NCBI GenBank assembly: GCA_030390025.1
Contig: CM059432.1
Span: 80,788,001-80,852,000, forward strand
Direction of reading: 5' to 3'
DNA: 64,000 nucleotides
From: Squalus acanthias
Taxonomy: Eukaryota
Each line of letters begins with the position of its first letter. Position 1 is the first letter of the stretch. This document shows positions 53,706 through 64,000 of this stretch, one piece after another. A program made the translations under genes and the position numbers. The notes below the pieces were generated by a model. The model had not been told where the DNA came from and did no database searches. It saw only the letters and a program-made list of their open reading frames with translations.

Positions 53706-54522
53706 ATATACTCAAACACTCTGATAATACATTCTTATGTCCAGTCCAAATCCATTGCTTATCAATTTCAAAACCATCAATTGTTACAGAACAGAAACAG
53801 GTTATTTGGCTCATCAAGTTTGCATTGGTGATATTTTTCTTCACAAGCCAACTAGTTCAATCCCACTCCTGTTCGCTCCCAATATCCTTTAATTTTCTTT
53901 TTCTTCAAACAAGTATCAAAGCACCATTTTACGTTCCATTGAGATATTCTTCATTGAGTAGAAAGTTGGTGTTCTCATAAATAAACTGTTCTTTTTCCTT
54001 CATTTATCAGTGAATAATTTTATTCCTCTGTGGTGTTTTGTAAACCATCACATATGTCACATGACAAGGCATATATACTTCAGCTTTGGCCCTTAAATAT
54101 CTTATTGTTATTGGTGGGATTTGTGGTTCCTATCCAACTGAGAGAAATGCTAATGCCATAAACAGAGTAGGTTGAATGTGTTTGTTTATTCTGAGGGTGA
54201 AACTCATTCTTCAAAATATTTTTATTCTAATTTCATTTCTGTTAGTCTTTTTGTATCATGTGCCATCCCTAACCAAGACAGTAGATAATCTGCTCTCAGC
54301 CTCTGACAGTGCTGCTTTATAGCCAGGTGCTAGGAGGTGTACAAGTGAGTCCTGGGAAAACACTCTCTCTGACTTTTTTCCCTTGTGGAGAAGTGAGTGA
54401 CCATTGCTTGGCACCTCCTCATGACAGCTTGTAAACCTAAGTTGCACCACTTTTTAGGGCCATTTGTTGGCTCTGAGATGTTTGTAGAACAATGCCTTAT
54501 CGTTGGTCTTTTTGAATTTATT

Positions 54523-54697
54523 GAGGCTAATTTTAACCTGACCTGCCTGGCAGGAAACAGATGGGATCAGATCGACTGCCCATTTTACACGCCACCCGAT
54601 TTTACCTTCCATTGAAACCAATGCGCGGGGTGTAAAATGGGCAACCGATGCGATCCTGTCAGTATCCCGCTGGGCGGGTTCGGTTAAAATTACCCCC
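54523..54697. mobile_element. Short palindromic MITE (175 bp)
   Basis: Ends GAGGCTAATTTTAACC...GGTTAAAATTACCCCC with TSD ATT and internal inverted arms. Confidence 0.75.
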
Positions 54698-56389
54698 ATT
54701 ATTTCACAGGATTACTTCGTGCTAGGTATTTACAATAGCCTTATTCCTGAATATTAGTTTGCCAAATCCACATAATTAAAAAAAATACCATTTGTAAGTT
54801 AAATTTAAAAGAAACTCAAGGTCTGGATTTTACATGAGCTTTCTATTAATTAATCAGTGCTCTGACTTTTTTACTACTTGTACAACCAATATTTTTTTCA
54901 TATTTTGAAGGATTTTAATTTTCTGCTAATTTGTAGAAATAGAAGTGGGAGATGGCATTAGGGTAGGAAAATTACGATAAAAACATGGTCAGATTGGGTC
55001 CTGAAACAGAATCTGCTTGACATGGGACTTTGCCTATTCCTAGATTCCAAATACTTATATTGTAATTAAGATGGAGAAAGATAAAAGAAGCAAATGATAA
55101 TATGTCACACATTTAGAAGAAAATTCAGTTTAACCAAGGATTGAATCTGGGACATTCCTGGTCTGTGTAGCTCAGAGACTCATCACACAGTGCATATACC
55201 ATGACCCAATATAGATTTAAGCTCTTTTAGATTTGCCAGAAAGATTAGTATTGCAGTAACTGATATTTTCCCTAAATTTTCTGCTGTGATTATTACAATG
55301 AAAAACAAAAATATAAATGTTGGCTGGGTAGAGGGGGAAACTAAATGAAGCATCACATTCTCTAGGGATTCATAATGAAATGTTTTATGGACTTCAACTG
55401 TTAGACAAATAACAATGCAAATAATTATTAACTGTAAGTAGCAGATTCTTTTATTTACATTTTTTACACATTAAATTATATATAAGAGTTTATTTACACT
55501 GTGTCAATTGAAGTAAAATGCAAACTGCTTAGTCCATGCTAAATAGGAAAGTGTTTAGTATGGGCTATAAAATATATAATCCAATTTCCTTCCATGTTTT
55601 AATGTTTCTTTTGTCTTTAGTAGAGTATAGTGATTTCAAAAGATGTGCACTGTGGTTGTGAGTAACTTGAACTGGCTAACTTTCATTGTGATGTGATGGT
55701 GCATTGTTTGGTTAAAGCCATGAAGATAACTTATTCTGGAAATTATGAATGGTTCTGAATCTTATGAGCTATACAGTTGAAATGAAGGCTTGGGATTCCA
55801 ATGTGTCTCAGCACTGTGGCACCAAACGTGGATGTACCACAACGCATTTTTGTTCTATGTACATAACATTAGTATTTTGATCCTTTAGCATGACTTACAT
55901 TTTAAATGTAATTTTTATCCTGAGAAAATTGTAAACTGTTGCCTGTACACCTTTAAAAAGAATATCTTTTCTGTAAATACAAATATAGTATACCATAACG
56001 CTGTCTGTGAAATCTATGTGTTAAATTATACTGACTATTTAATCTCACTTATATATTAAACATTTGTTGCAGGCACTGGAATATTGTATTTAAAGCAAAA
56101 CTATGTTACATTTGCTTTACATTTTTAATTACAGCTTTGATTTTTATATTACTGTAGAAAGGCAATCAGATTCAGCTGATGTGCAGGATACTACAATCAC
56201 ATGAACTTGCTAAATATAGAATTGGCTATGGTTTCAAAATGCCAGTTTGTAATACTAAAATATTATACTTTACAAAGTAGCTGAACATTATCAAAGCTTG
56301 CCACAGCATATAACTTTTGATAAAAAGTATGATTATTTTAAATAAGTAGTAAGTTAGTTTTCACTTCCAATTCCCACTATTTTGGAGAC

Positions 56390-57407
56390 TGCCAAAGCAA
56401 GAGCTACATGCTTATACCATGCACACCTAGTCAATCAGAAGATATTGTGGGATGTGAGAAGGAGGATAAAATATGAGAATACCAGCATCTTGTATCCTTT
56501 CAGCCCCGCCGCTGGCCAAGGGCTCAGTCATGCCCCTGCCAAGAATGGCCTACACCGTCTCCTCCAAGGGGTGAGGTGAGGCTAGGATTGTGAGGTGTGC
56601 TTCGTGTTTGGTACAGATTGTTGGTAGGTGAGTGGTGGGGGGCGCGGTCGTGCATTGAGCAGTGTGTGAGGCTAGTGGTGCAGTTGGTAGGAGACGGCTT
56701 TTGAAGATGCATTCACTGACCTAGACCACTGGTCTGAGGTCATGAAACTTCTTTGGGCGCTGGAGCCAGGTGGTGGGGGCGACACTGCTGGCAGCGATGG
56801 CCTCGGTGATCTGGTCCCACATCATTCTTTCTGGAGGGCCTCCTGGCCCCAGTGGGTAGAGGACCTCACTTGTAGTGTTGACTCCCTGCACAAAGATGGA
56901 ACGCTGCATGTGAGACCCGGGGTACCCCTTCCCTGGCTTGTTGAGCCATTTGTGTTAGTGCTGAAGCACTTTTACCATTTGCTTACATGCGGCAGGCAGT
57001 TCAACTTTAAGAGCTGAAGACTGCCATTTCGGAATTATTTTTAATGTTTATTTTATTTCAGAAGGCAGTTGAGCTCTAAGGGCTAAAGACTGCCGATTTT
57101 TAAATGATTTTAATTTTTTTCATTTTAGAATGCAGTACCCCTTTAAGGGATCGACACTGCATTCTAAAATGACAGGCTAGCTTTAAGACAACGCTGCTTG
57201 GCTCCAGAGACGCTACGGCCACGCTACATTGGGCCTCCTGCTGAGACTACCGCCTGAAACAGCGCTTACATGGTAAGTTTTGCACTGTGCTCATTTAAAT
57301 CAGCAGGCAGCACCAAAGTGCTGCCTGCGCTCTTTTTGTGGGCGGTCATTAACTTCGGCTCGTGGTTGCACCGGCCGTTTCCCGGCTTAATCAGATTTCT
57401 TGGCCAA
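56390..57407 (-). mobile_element. Truncated non-autonomous Harbinger derivative (Myb-side end)
   Basis: Reverse-complement match to 2150-2760 and direct match to 3925-4621. Remnant PTTWLQRPKKFHDL; ends GATTTCTTGGCC. Confidence 0.72.
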
Positions 57408-59421
57408 AATCTTTATCCTTGTTCTTCAAATTCCTCCTTGGTCTCACTCCACCTATAGGCTTAATTTTCTTCCTGCATCCTTTGGTCTTTCACCTATAGC
57501 CTCCCTTCCCCCTTCCTTTACCACACTATTAGTGGCAGAGCTTTCAGCCACCTAGATGCTGCTCTTTGAAACTCCTGTCCAAACACCTCTGGCTCTCTAC
57601 TTTTCCCCCTTCCTTTAAAAATCTTCTCAAACCCATTTTTTCACTCAAGCCTTCAGTTATTCCTCCAAAACTCACTCCCCTGGGCCAACATTTATTTCCT
57701 CTTGCTACTACTCTGTACAGGACCTTGGGATATTTTGCATGTTAAAGGCACTATAAAAACACAAGTTATATTGTCAGCATTTTCATAGGAAAATAACTGC
57801 ACCTCTAGGGAGGTCCGGGGGCTCACTTTCTATAAATTATAAAGAAGTAAACAATAAGATATGTATTTTTCTAAATTTCATGTGAAAGTTATCTTGGATA
57901 AAATCTTTTTTGAAGATCATCCTGGTATTTGTGGTTAACTATTCATTTCAAAAAGGCTTGAAATCAGAGCTCCACAGACCAGGTACTCCATGATTGCACA
58001 ACATATCACTTGAATTCATGATAGAACTCACGAGTTACAAGACTTTCGTAAATGCAGCCCATTGTTCGATTACAGTTTTGCCAGCCAATCTTTGATTCCA
58101 ATTTACCCAGGCCAGATCCGTTCTCAACCCACTGAAATTGACCCTCCTCCAATTAAGTATTTTAGCTCTAGATTGCTCCTTGTCCTTCTCCATAGCTAAT
58201 CTAAACCTTATGATACTATGATCACTGTTCCCTAGATGTTTCCCTACTGACACTTGCTCCACTTGACCCACCTCATTCCCCAGAACCAGATCCAGCAATG
58301 CCTCCTTCCTCGTTGCACCAGAAACGTACTGATCAAGAAAGTTCTCTTAAACATACTTCAGAAATTCTTCCCCCTCTCTGCCCTTTACACTATTACTATC
58401 CCAGTCTATATTAGGATAGTTGAAGTCTCCCATTATCACTACTCTATAGTTCTTGCACCACTCTGTAATTTCCCTGCAAATTTGCTCCTCTATATCCTTC
58501 CCACCAGTTGGTGTCCTATAGAATAGACCTCCTTCTCTTTTCTTCTTAGGCAGTCCCTCGGAACCGAGGATGACTTGCTTCCACATTAAAAATGAGTTCT
58601 CAGGTGACTGATGAGTCCAATGCGGGACCTACAGTCTCTGTCACAGGTGGGCAGACGGCGGTTGAAGGAGCAGGTGGGTGGGGTGTTTGGGTTGACGTGC
58701 GCTCCTTGCGCTGCCTGCGCTTGGCTTCCGCTTGTTCCCGGCGAAGAGACTCGAGGTGTTCGGCGCCTCTATATTGTTTCGTAACTCTAACCAAATAGTT
58801 TCTGTCCTTGACCCCCCCCAGGACATCCTCTCTCTCCAGCACTGTAATATTCTCCTTAATCAATACTGCCACCTCCTTTCTTTCCTTCCCTATCTTTCCT
58901 GAACACCTTGGGGGAAAAATTCACTTGGTTGCGCCTCCCGTTAGCGCCTTAAGAGGGCGCTAATGGGGCGTTAAGCCGCTAACGCCCGGGCGCAGCGCTG
59001 TTTGCGCCGCTCGAGAACTTAACTTGAGATTGTGCGGCGGCGCTAAAACTTACCGCTGCGACCACCTGCGCGTGCAGATTGTGACATCATTCCATGGTGC
59101 AACGCCCTTGGGGCGCCCCGGAGCGGAAATTGAGTGGCGCCCCCTGCCTTACCGCCTGGCGCTTCCAACGACCGGAAGACTGAACGTTATCAATCGGTGT
59201 GGGGCCGGGGGGGGACGCTATTTAAAGGGGGCCTCTTCCTGTCTTTTTCTGTGGTCGACATTTATGCACCACTCGTTCTGAGAGAGAGAGAGAGATTCGG
59301 AGAGAGAGAGAGAGAGACTTCTACATTGACTCGACGCTTTGTGAGGTAGTTTGGCCTAGTTCATCCTAACTTTGTTGCTACTTTAGTTGCTGTACCTCAT
59401 TACTTTTCTGGCAAAGAGAAT

Positions 59422-60573
59422 ATGGGGGCTGCAATGATTGGGGGCGTCGTCCTGCTCCAGCTGAATCGGAGGATAGTGAGACGCAGACAGAGAGTGGCAA
59501 TGATGGCCAGACGGAGGAGGGCCATCAGGCGCATGTACAGGAGAGCTTACCCTCCCAGGGTATATCGTGAACAGCTCTCCTACATCCATATGTCCGAGGA
59601 GCTGTGTTTGCGAAGGCTGCGATTCAGCAAGGAGGTGGTCACTGAGCTCTGCCACCTGCTGCAGCCAGATCTGCAGCCTCAGCTGAGGTCCAGGACGTCT
59701 CTGTCGGTGGCAGTGAAGGTCACAGTGGCTTTGAACTTCTACGCCACTGGCTCATTCCAAGCTGCTGTTGGGGACCTCGCCAATATCTCCCAGTTTGCGG
59801 TGCATCGCTGCATCCGGCAGGTCACCAATGCCCTCTTCAGAAGGAGACGAGACTTCATCTCTTTCCCTATGACCCCAGACAAGCAGCGTGACCGTGCTCT
59901 GGGCTTTGCGAGGGTAGCGGGCTTCCCCATGGTGCAGGGCGCCATTGACTGCACGCATGTGGCTTTGCGTGCTCCGCGAGAGAATGCAGAGGAATTCAGG
60001 AACAGGAAGGGGTTCCATTCCTTGAATGTGCAGTTGGTCTGTGACCACAGACAGGTGATACTCGCTGTCAATGCCCACTATCCGGGCAGCTGCCACGATG
60101 CTTTCATCCTGCACCAGACTACTGTGGCAGAAGTTTTCGAGGCACCGCATCAGTCAGTTGGTTGGCTTCTGGGGGACAAGGGGTACGCATTGAGCACCTG
60201 GCTGATGACACCGCTCCGTACGCCAAACACCCCTGCTGAGCTGCGGTACAATGAAGGCCATCAAGCAACCAGGAACATTATTGAGCACACAATCGGCGTG
60301 CTGAAACAACGGTTCCGCTGTCTGGACCATTCCGGAGGAGCCCTGCAGTACTCGCCTGAGCAAGTTTCGAACTTCGTAGTCGTGTGCTGCATGTTGCACA
60401 ACATGGCAATCCTCAGGACCCAGCCAATGCCACCAGGCCTTGTAGCACCACCAGAGGAGGAGGAGGAAGAGGACGAGGACGATGATCATCAGCAGCACCA
60501 AGGCAGGAGGGCGGCCCACAATGGTCAAACTGCAAGGGCCGTCCGTCAACGACTAATAGCAAGCCGCTTCTAG
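59422..60573 (+). CDS. Harbinger (HARBI1-like) DDE transposase, 383 aa, uninterrupted
   Basis: Motifs GAIDCTHV, NRKGFHSLNVQLVCD, PGSCHDAFIL, LLGDKGY and RNIIEHTIGVLKQRF, plus an N-terminal HTH-like segment and an acidic tail. Confidence 0.93.
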   Translation: MGAAMIGGVVLLQLNRRIVRRRQRVAMMARRRRAIRRMYRRAYPPRVYREQLSYIHMSEELCLRRLRFSKEVVTELCHLLQPDLQPQLRSRTSLSVAVKVTVALNFYATGSFQAAVGDLANISQFAVHRCIRQVTNALFRRRRDFISFPMTPDKQRDRALGFARVAGFPMVQGAIDCTHVALRAPRENAEEFRNRKGFHSLNVQLVCDHRQVILAVNAHYPGSCHDAFILHQTTVAEVFEAPHQSVGWLLGDKGYALSTWLMTPLRTPNTPAELRYNEGHQATRNIIEHTIGVLKQRFRCLDHSGGALQYSPEQVSNFVVVCCMLHNMAILRTQPMPPGLVAPPEEEEEEDEDDDHQQHQGRRAAHNGQTARAVRQRLIASRF

Positions 60574-60867
60574 GGCCCCTGCCATTGCTACAAACACTAA
60601 TCAACCCAGCACGCAACCCCTAAGCCGGCCAAGGCACCAATAATTCCAACCACCAGCCATGTATATTTTGAATACAGAAACTTATTTATTTTACAAACTC
60701 TGTGTGTGTCAATTCCTCATGACAAACTCATAGAAATAAACACAAAAAAACAGTCAATAACATAACTGGTTCTCACAACCTGGAGATAATGTCCAAAACA
60801 CTAAACAAAAGTTGGATCATGAACCTCGGCCTTTAATAAAAAAATGACCAGCATTTTGGCACACCTC

Positions 60868-62745
60868 CTACTTTTTGCCCTTCGAGGGTGATCTCCTTCC
60901 CTTGCGCACTTCCCCCCTTCTAACCCTACTGCTCCTCCGTAATGGGACCTCAGTGGCTGCAGCAAGGCTGGTGGAAGGCTGCTGCTCGTCAGACCCTGAC
61001 ACTGCAGATGCCCCTGAAGGACGGCCTCGACCACTTCTGGGCCTGGAGGGCCCGGCTGCAGACTGCACCAACTCTGCATGGGCGGCAGCAGTCTGTCCTA
61101 CAGGCGGTGGCAAGTGCAGTGGAGAAGTGACAGTGTTGGCAGCAGGAATGCTGTCATCGTGAGAGAGGACAGCAACTCCCTGCTCGCCCGACACACTGGC
61201 ACTCCCACGGGGCAGCACTTCAGCATCCGGAGCAATTTGCCGGAGAACAGATTGCTGGCCTGCTGCGGCGCGGTGACAGCCCCGGGGACATGTGCACGAA
61301 CCATCGAGGATGGCAGCAGTCAGTGCTCGCGTGGCCTCAATCTGAGTCTGCATGAGAGCAGTCTCAGATGGGTTCCTGGCAGCCAGTGACTGAATTGCAG
61401 CACTAAGCTTTAGTGTGGCATCCGCCTGTGCTACAGCGAAGTGCTCCACACTCCTTGCCAGTGATTCAATGCATTCGGGCACCCTTCCCACTGCACCCAT
61501 GAGCTCAGTGTGCATGCCCACCGCCTGGCTGTTCATTTCTGCAATCAGCCGCTCCTCCTCTGCGTCCATTGCAGTAGGAGTGTCTGGCATACTCTCCCTC
61601 TGGGGAGAAGGACCCCGTTCTTCCCTACCCCCCCCCATGGCGTTGCTGCAGCCCGCTGGGTCCTGGAGCTTCACCATCATCAGCCCCTTCCCCCCTGCTC
61701 CCCTCCGGGGAAGGCGTGTTCCCAGTGTGGGCATGGGCTTCCTCGGGAGAGGGTGGCACTGATGCTCCGGCTTCCTCTTCCTCCTCAGCTACAGCATCAC
61801 TCCCAGTGGCAGCTTCAGGGCCCGTCTCCTCAGCTGGTGAATCACCATCTGAAAGCAGGGAGGTACAAGAGTGGCTTTAGCGTGAGGACAGGGTGGCAGT
61901 AAGGGAGGAATAAGTGCAGCGAGTTAGCAAGTTGGATTGAAAGTGTCAAAGGCTGGTATTGTGAGGGACAAGTGGAAGGACAGAGGACAAAAAGGTGATG
62001 ACCTTACCATTGCTGTCCACAACGGGGTCGGCGTCTCCAGTGGCGACGGGACCGATCACCCGGCTTGCCACAATCCTGTGGACGCGCTCCTCCAGATCGC
62101 TGAGGGGTTGCAGCTGAAGCCGCCCTCCACCCGTCCGTTGCTGCTGTCTCCGATTATGAGCCAGCTTAGCCTGCAAGAAAAAGGACAGCATCTGAGTAAA
62201 TATACAGCCATGGTCTTGCCTGATGTGCCTCCCATAGGTGAATAGCCCTTACTGTATGCAGCCATGGTCTTGCCTGATGTGCCTCCCATAGGTGAATAGC
62301 CCTTACTGTATGCAGCCATGGTCTTGCCTGATGTGCCTCCCATAGGTGAATAGCCCTTACTGTATGCAAAGTGTGGAATGTGTGTGTGTGTTTGATGAAA
62401 GGGCCATAGGTGTTGGATGAGTGTTGTGCATTGGGGTTTTAAGACCCTCTGGCCATAGAGTGAGGTTGAGATGGAGGGATGGAGAGGTATTGAGAAAAAG
62501 CCACTCACCCTGACGACCCGAGTGAGGTCGTTGAACTTTTTGCGGCATTGAACATGGGTCCTGGGCACCATGCTCCTGGAGGAGACGCTCTGAGCCACCT
62601 CCCTCCACACTCTTCTGAACTCGCGTGGCAAAGGCCTCCTGCCACTCTCAGGGAACAGCATGCATCGTCTGCGCTCCACTGCGCCAACCAGAGCATCCAA
62701 GGCCCGCTCGGTGAAGCGATGAGCGCGTTCTCTCACCCTCTCCAT
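60868..62745 (-). CDS. Harbinger Myb/SANT-like DNA-binding partner gene, 3 exons (62745-62509, 62170-62008, 61848-60868); one +1 frameshift in a G9 run
   Basis: Exon 1 is MERVRERAHRFTERALDALV...W.EVA...RTHVQCRKKFNDL (Myb/SANT-like). Exon 2 is AKLAHNRRQQQRTGGG...LSDLEERV. Splice sites are canonical GT-AG and phases are consistent (0, 1). Confidence 0.82.
62205..62368. repeat. Perfect 54-bp tandem repeat x3 in intron 1 of the Myb-like gene
   Basis: The unit cagccatggtcttgcctgatgtgcctcccataggtgaatagcccttactgtatg starts at 62205, 62259 and 62313. Confidence 0.95.
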
Positions 62746-64000
62746 GCTTGGCAGCAAAATGGATTACAGGTCTCTCCAGGCTGAGATTCAAGGCTGCAAT
62801 GAGCAGGGTGTGGCTGGGGAGCAAGTGGCCCCCCCCGCTTTAAGAAGTGTCCGGCGCCATTGTGTCTGTGTTCCCTCGCTAACTGGCAGCAGCTGCGCTC
62901 GTGCGCTGAGTTAGCGCCTCACTCCTTGGCCTTTGCGCCTTAAGAGAGGTGTGCAGCGCCTAATTTAGCGCTCCACTCACCTCCCGGGTCGGTAAAAGTG
63001 AAGTTTCCTGTCAGTGCCGATAATTAGCGCCAGGCGCTAATATTTGCGTCCGGACGATATTTGCGCCCCAAATGGGGCGCGACCTAATTTCTACCCCCTT
63101 ATATCCAGGAATATTTAGTACCCAGTCATGCCCTTTTTTGAGCCATGTCTCCGTTATCACCATGACATCATATTCCCTTGTAGCTATTTGCGCCTACAGC
63201 TCACCAACCTTATTTACCACGCTTCGTGTGTTTACACACATGCACTGTAAACCTATCTCAGACCTTGTATTCTCTCTTAGTCTGACCCCACCTAATACCG
63301 TACTATTACTTTAGTGCTATCTGTCTCTCCCAATTCTTTGTGCACCTTGTTTCTCCTTTCTAGTGCTACATCCTGGTGCCCATCCCCCTGCCAAATTAGT
63401 TTAAACCCTCCCCAACAGTACTAGCAAACCCCCCACCCCGGCAAGGACATTGGTCCCAGCTCTGTTGAGGTGCACCCCGTCCGGCCTGTACAGGTCCCAC
63501 CTCCCCCAGAACTGGTCCCAATGTCCCAGGAATCTAAAACGCTCCCTCCTGCATCTTCTCTCCAGCCACGCATTCATTTGCTCTATCCTCCTATTTCTAT
63601 ACTCACCAGCTCGTGGCACTGGGAGTAATCCGGAGAATACTACCTTTGAGGTCCTGCTTTTTAATCTCTTTCCTAGCTCCCTAAAATCTGTCTGCAGGAC
63701 CTCATCCCTCTTTCTACCTACGTCGTTGATACCGATATGGAGCACGACCTTTGTCTGTTCACCCTCCCCCCATAGAATGTTCTGCAGCCGCTCAGTGACA
63801 CCCTTGACCCTGGCACCAGGGAGGCAACATACCATCCTGGAATCACGTCTGCGACCGCAGATGCACCGGACTGTTCCCCTAATTATTGAATCCCCTATCA
63901 CTATTGCTTTCCCGATCTTCCTCCTCCCCTCCTGTACAGCTGAGCCACCTGTGGTGCCGTGGACTTGGCTCTGGCTGTACTCCCCAGAGGAACCACCGCC

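Larger units (their letters stand above)
51626..56080 (+). other. Probable PREX2 3' UTR (end uncertain; proximal AATAAA 52336-52341, distal ATTAAA 56055-56060)
   Basis: AT-rich sequence following the stop codon, with candidate poly(A) signals and UGUA(H)AUA motifs at 55858 and 55972. The extent is inferred. Confidence 0.4.
58910..63097 (+). mobile_element. Near-complete autonomous-type PIF/Harbinger DNA transposon
   Basis: Termini GGGGGAAAAATT...AATTTCTACCCC (10/12 inverted match) with a 3-bp TSD CTT. It interrupts a CR1 copy cleanly (gaacacCTT|atatcc) and contains a transposase plus a convergent Myb/SANT gene. Confidence 0.93.
58040..64000 (-). mobile_element. CR1 LINE fragment (endonuclease + ORF1 esterase) interrupted by RTE (58530-58768) and the Harbinger element
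   Basis: Fragments LDLVLGNE...SDHSIIRF, VVIMGDFNYPNIDW and MIGDSIIRG...VLHIGINDVG...DGVHLN. Confidence 0.88.

Noticed and set aside
59422..60573. Host gene HARBI1
   Set aside because: The ORF is intronless, lies inside TIRs and a TSD next to a Myb partner, and has a degenerate paralog in the same window. It is a transposon copy, not the domesticated gene.
62205..62368. CRISPR-like regular repeats
   Set aside because: Head-to-tail identical units with no spacers, no cas genes and a eukaryotic context.

Overview
This is eukaryotic, repeat-rich vertebrate DNA; the repeat complement suggests a shark or other cartilaginous fish (inference). The only host gene I can support is the 3' end of PREX2 on the + strand: three small coding exons (25649-25751, 41022-41089, 51583-51625) followed by a probable long 3' UTR. 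The introns and downstream flank are filled with transposons. (i) PIF/Harbinger elements: one nearly intact 4.2-kb element (58910-63097) carries an open DDE transposase and a convergent three-exon Myb/SANT partner gene. The window also holds a transposase-only deletion derivative, a Myb-only fragment, several non-autonomous derivatives and about ten MITEs with related ~12-bp TIRs and 3-bp TSDs. (ii) Penelope-like (GIY-YIG) retroelements, which carry minimal hammerhead ribozyme motifs. (iii) CR1 and RTE LINEs, and tRNA/Deu-type SINEs. The most notable observations are: the bipartite Harbinger system and its shared subterminal TTAGCGC motif; a +1 frameshift in the same G-run of two divergent Myb-partner copies; the hammerhead motifs; an apparent RTE-Penelope chimeric insertion; a 111-bp perfect-hairpin mini-insert with a 13-bp TSD; and orphan C2H2 and SAP-like fragments. 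All of this was read by eye, and family names are not database-verified.
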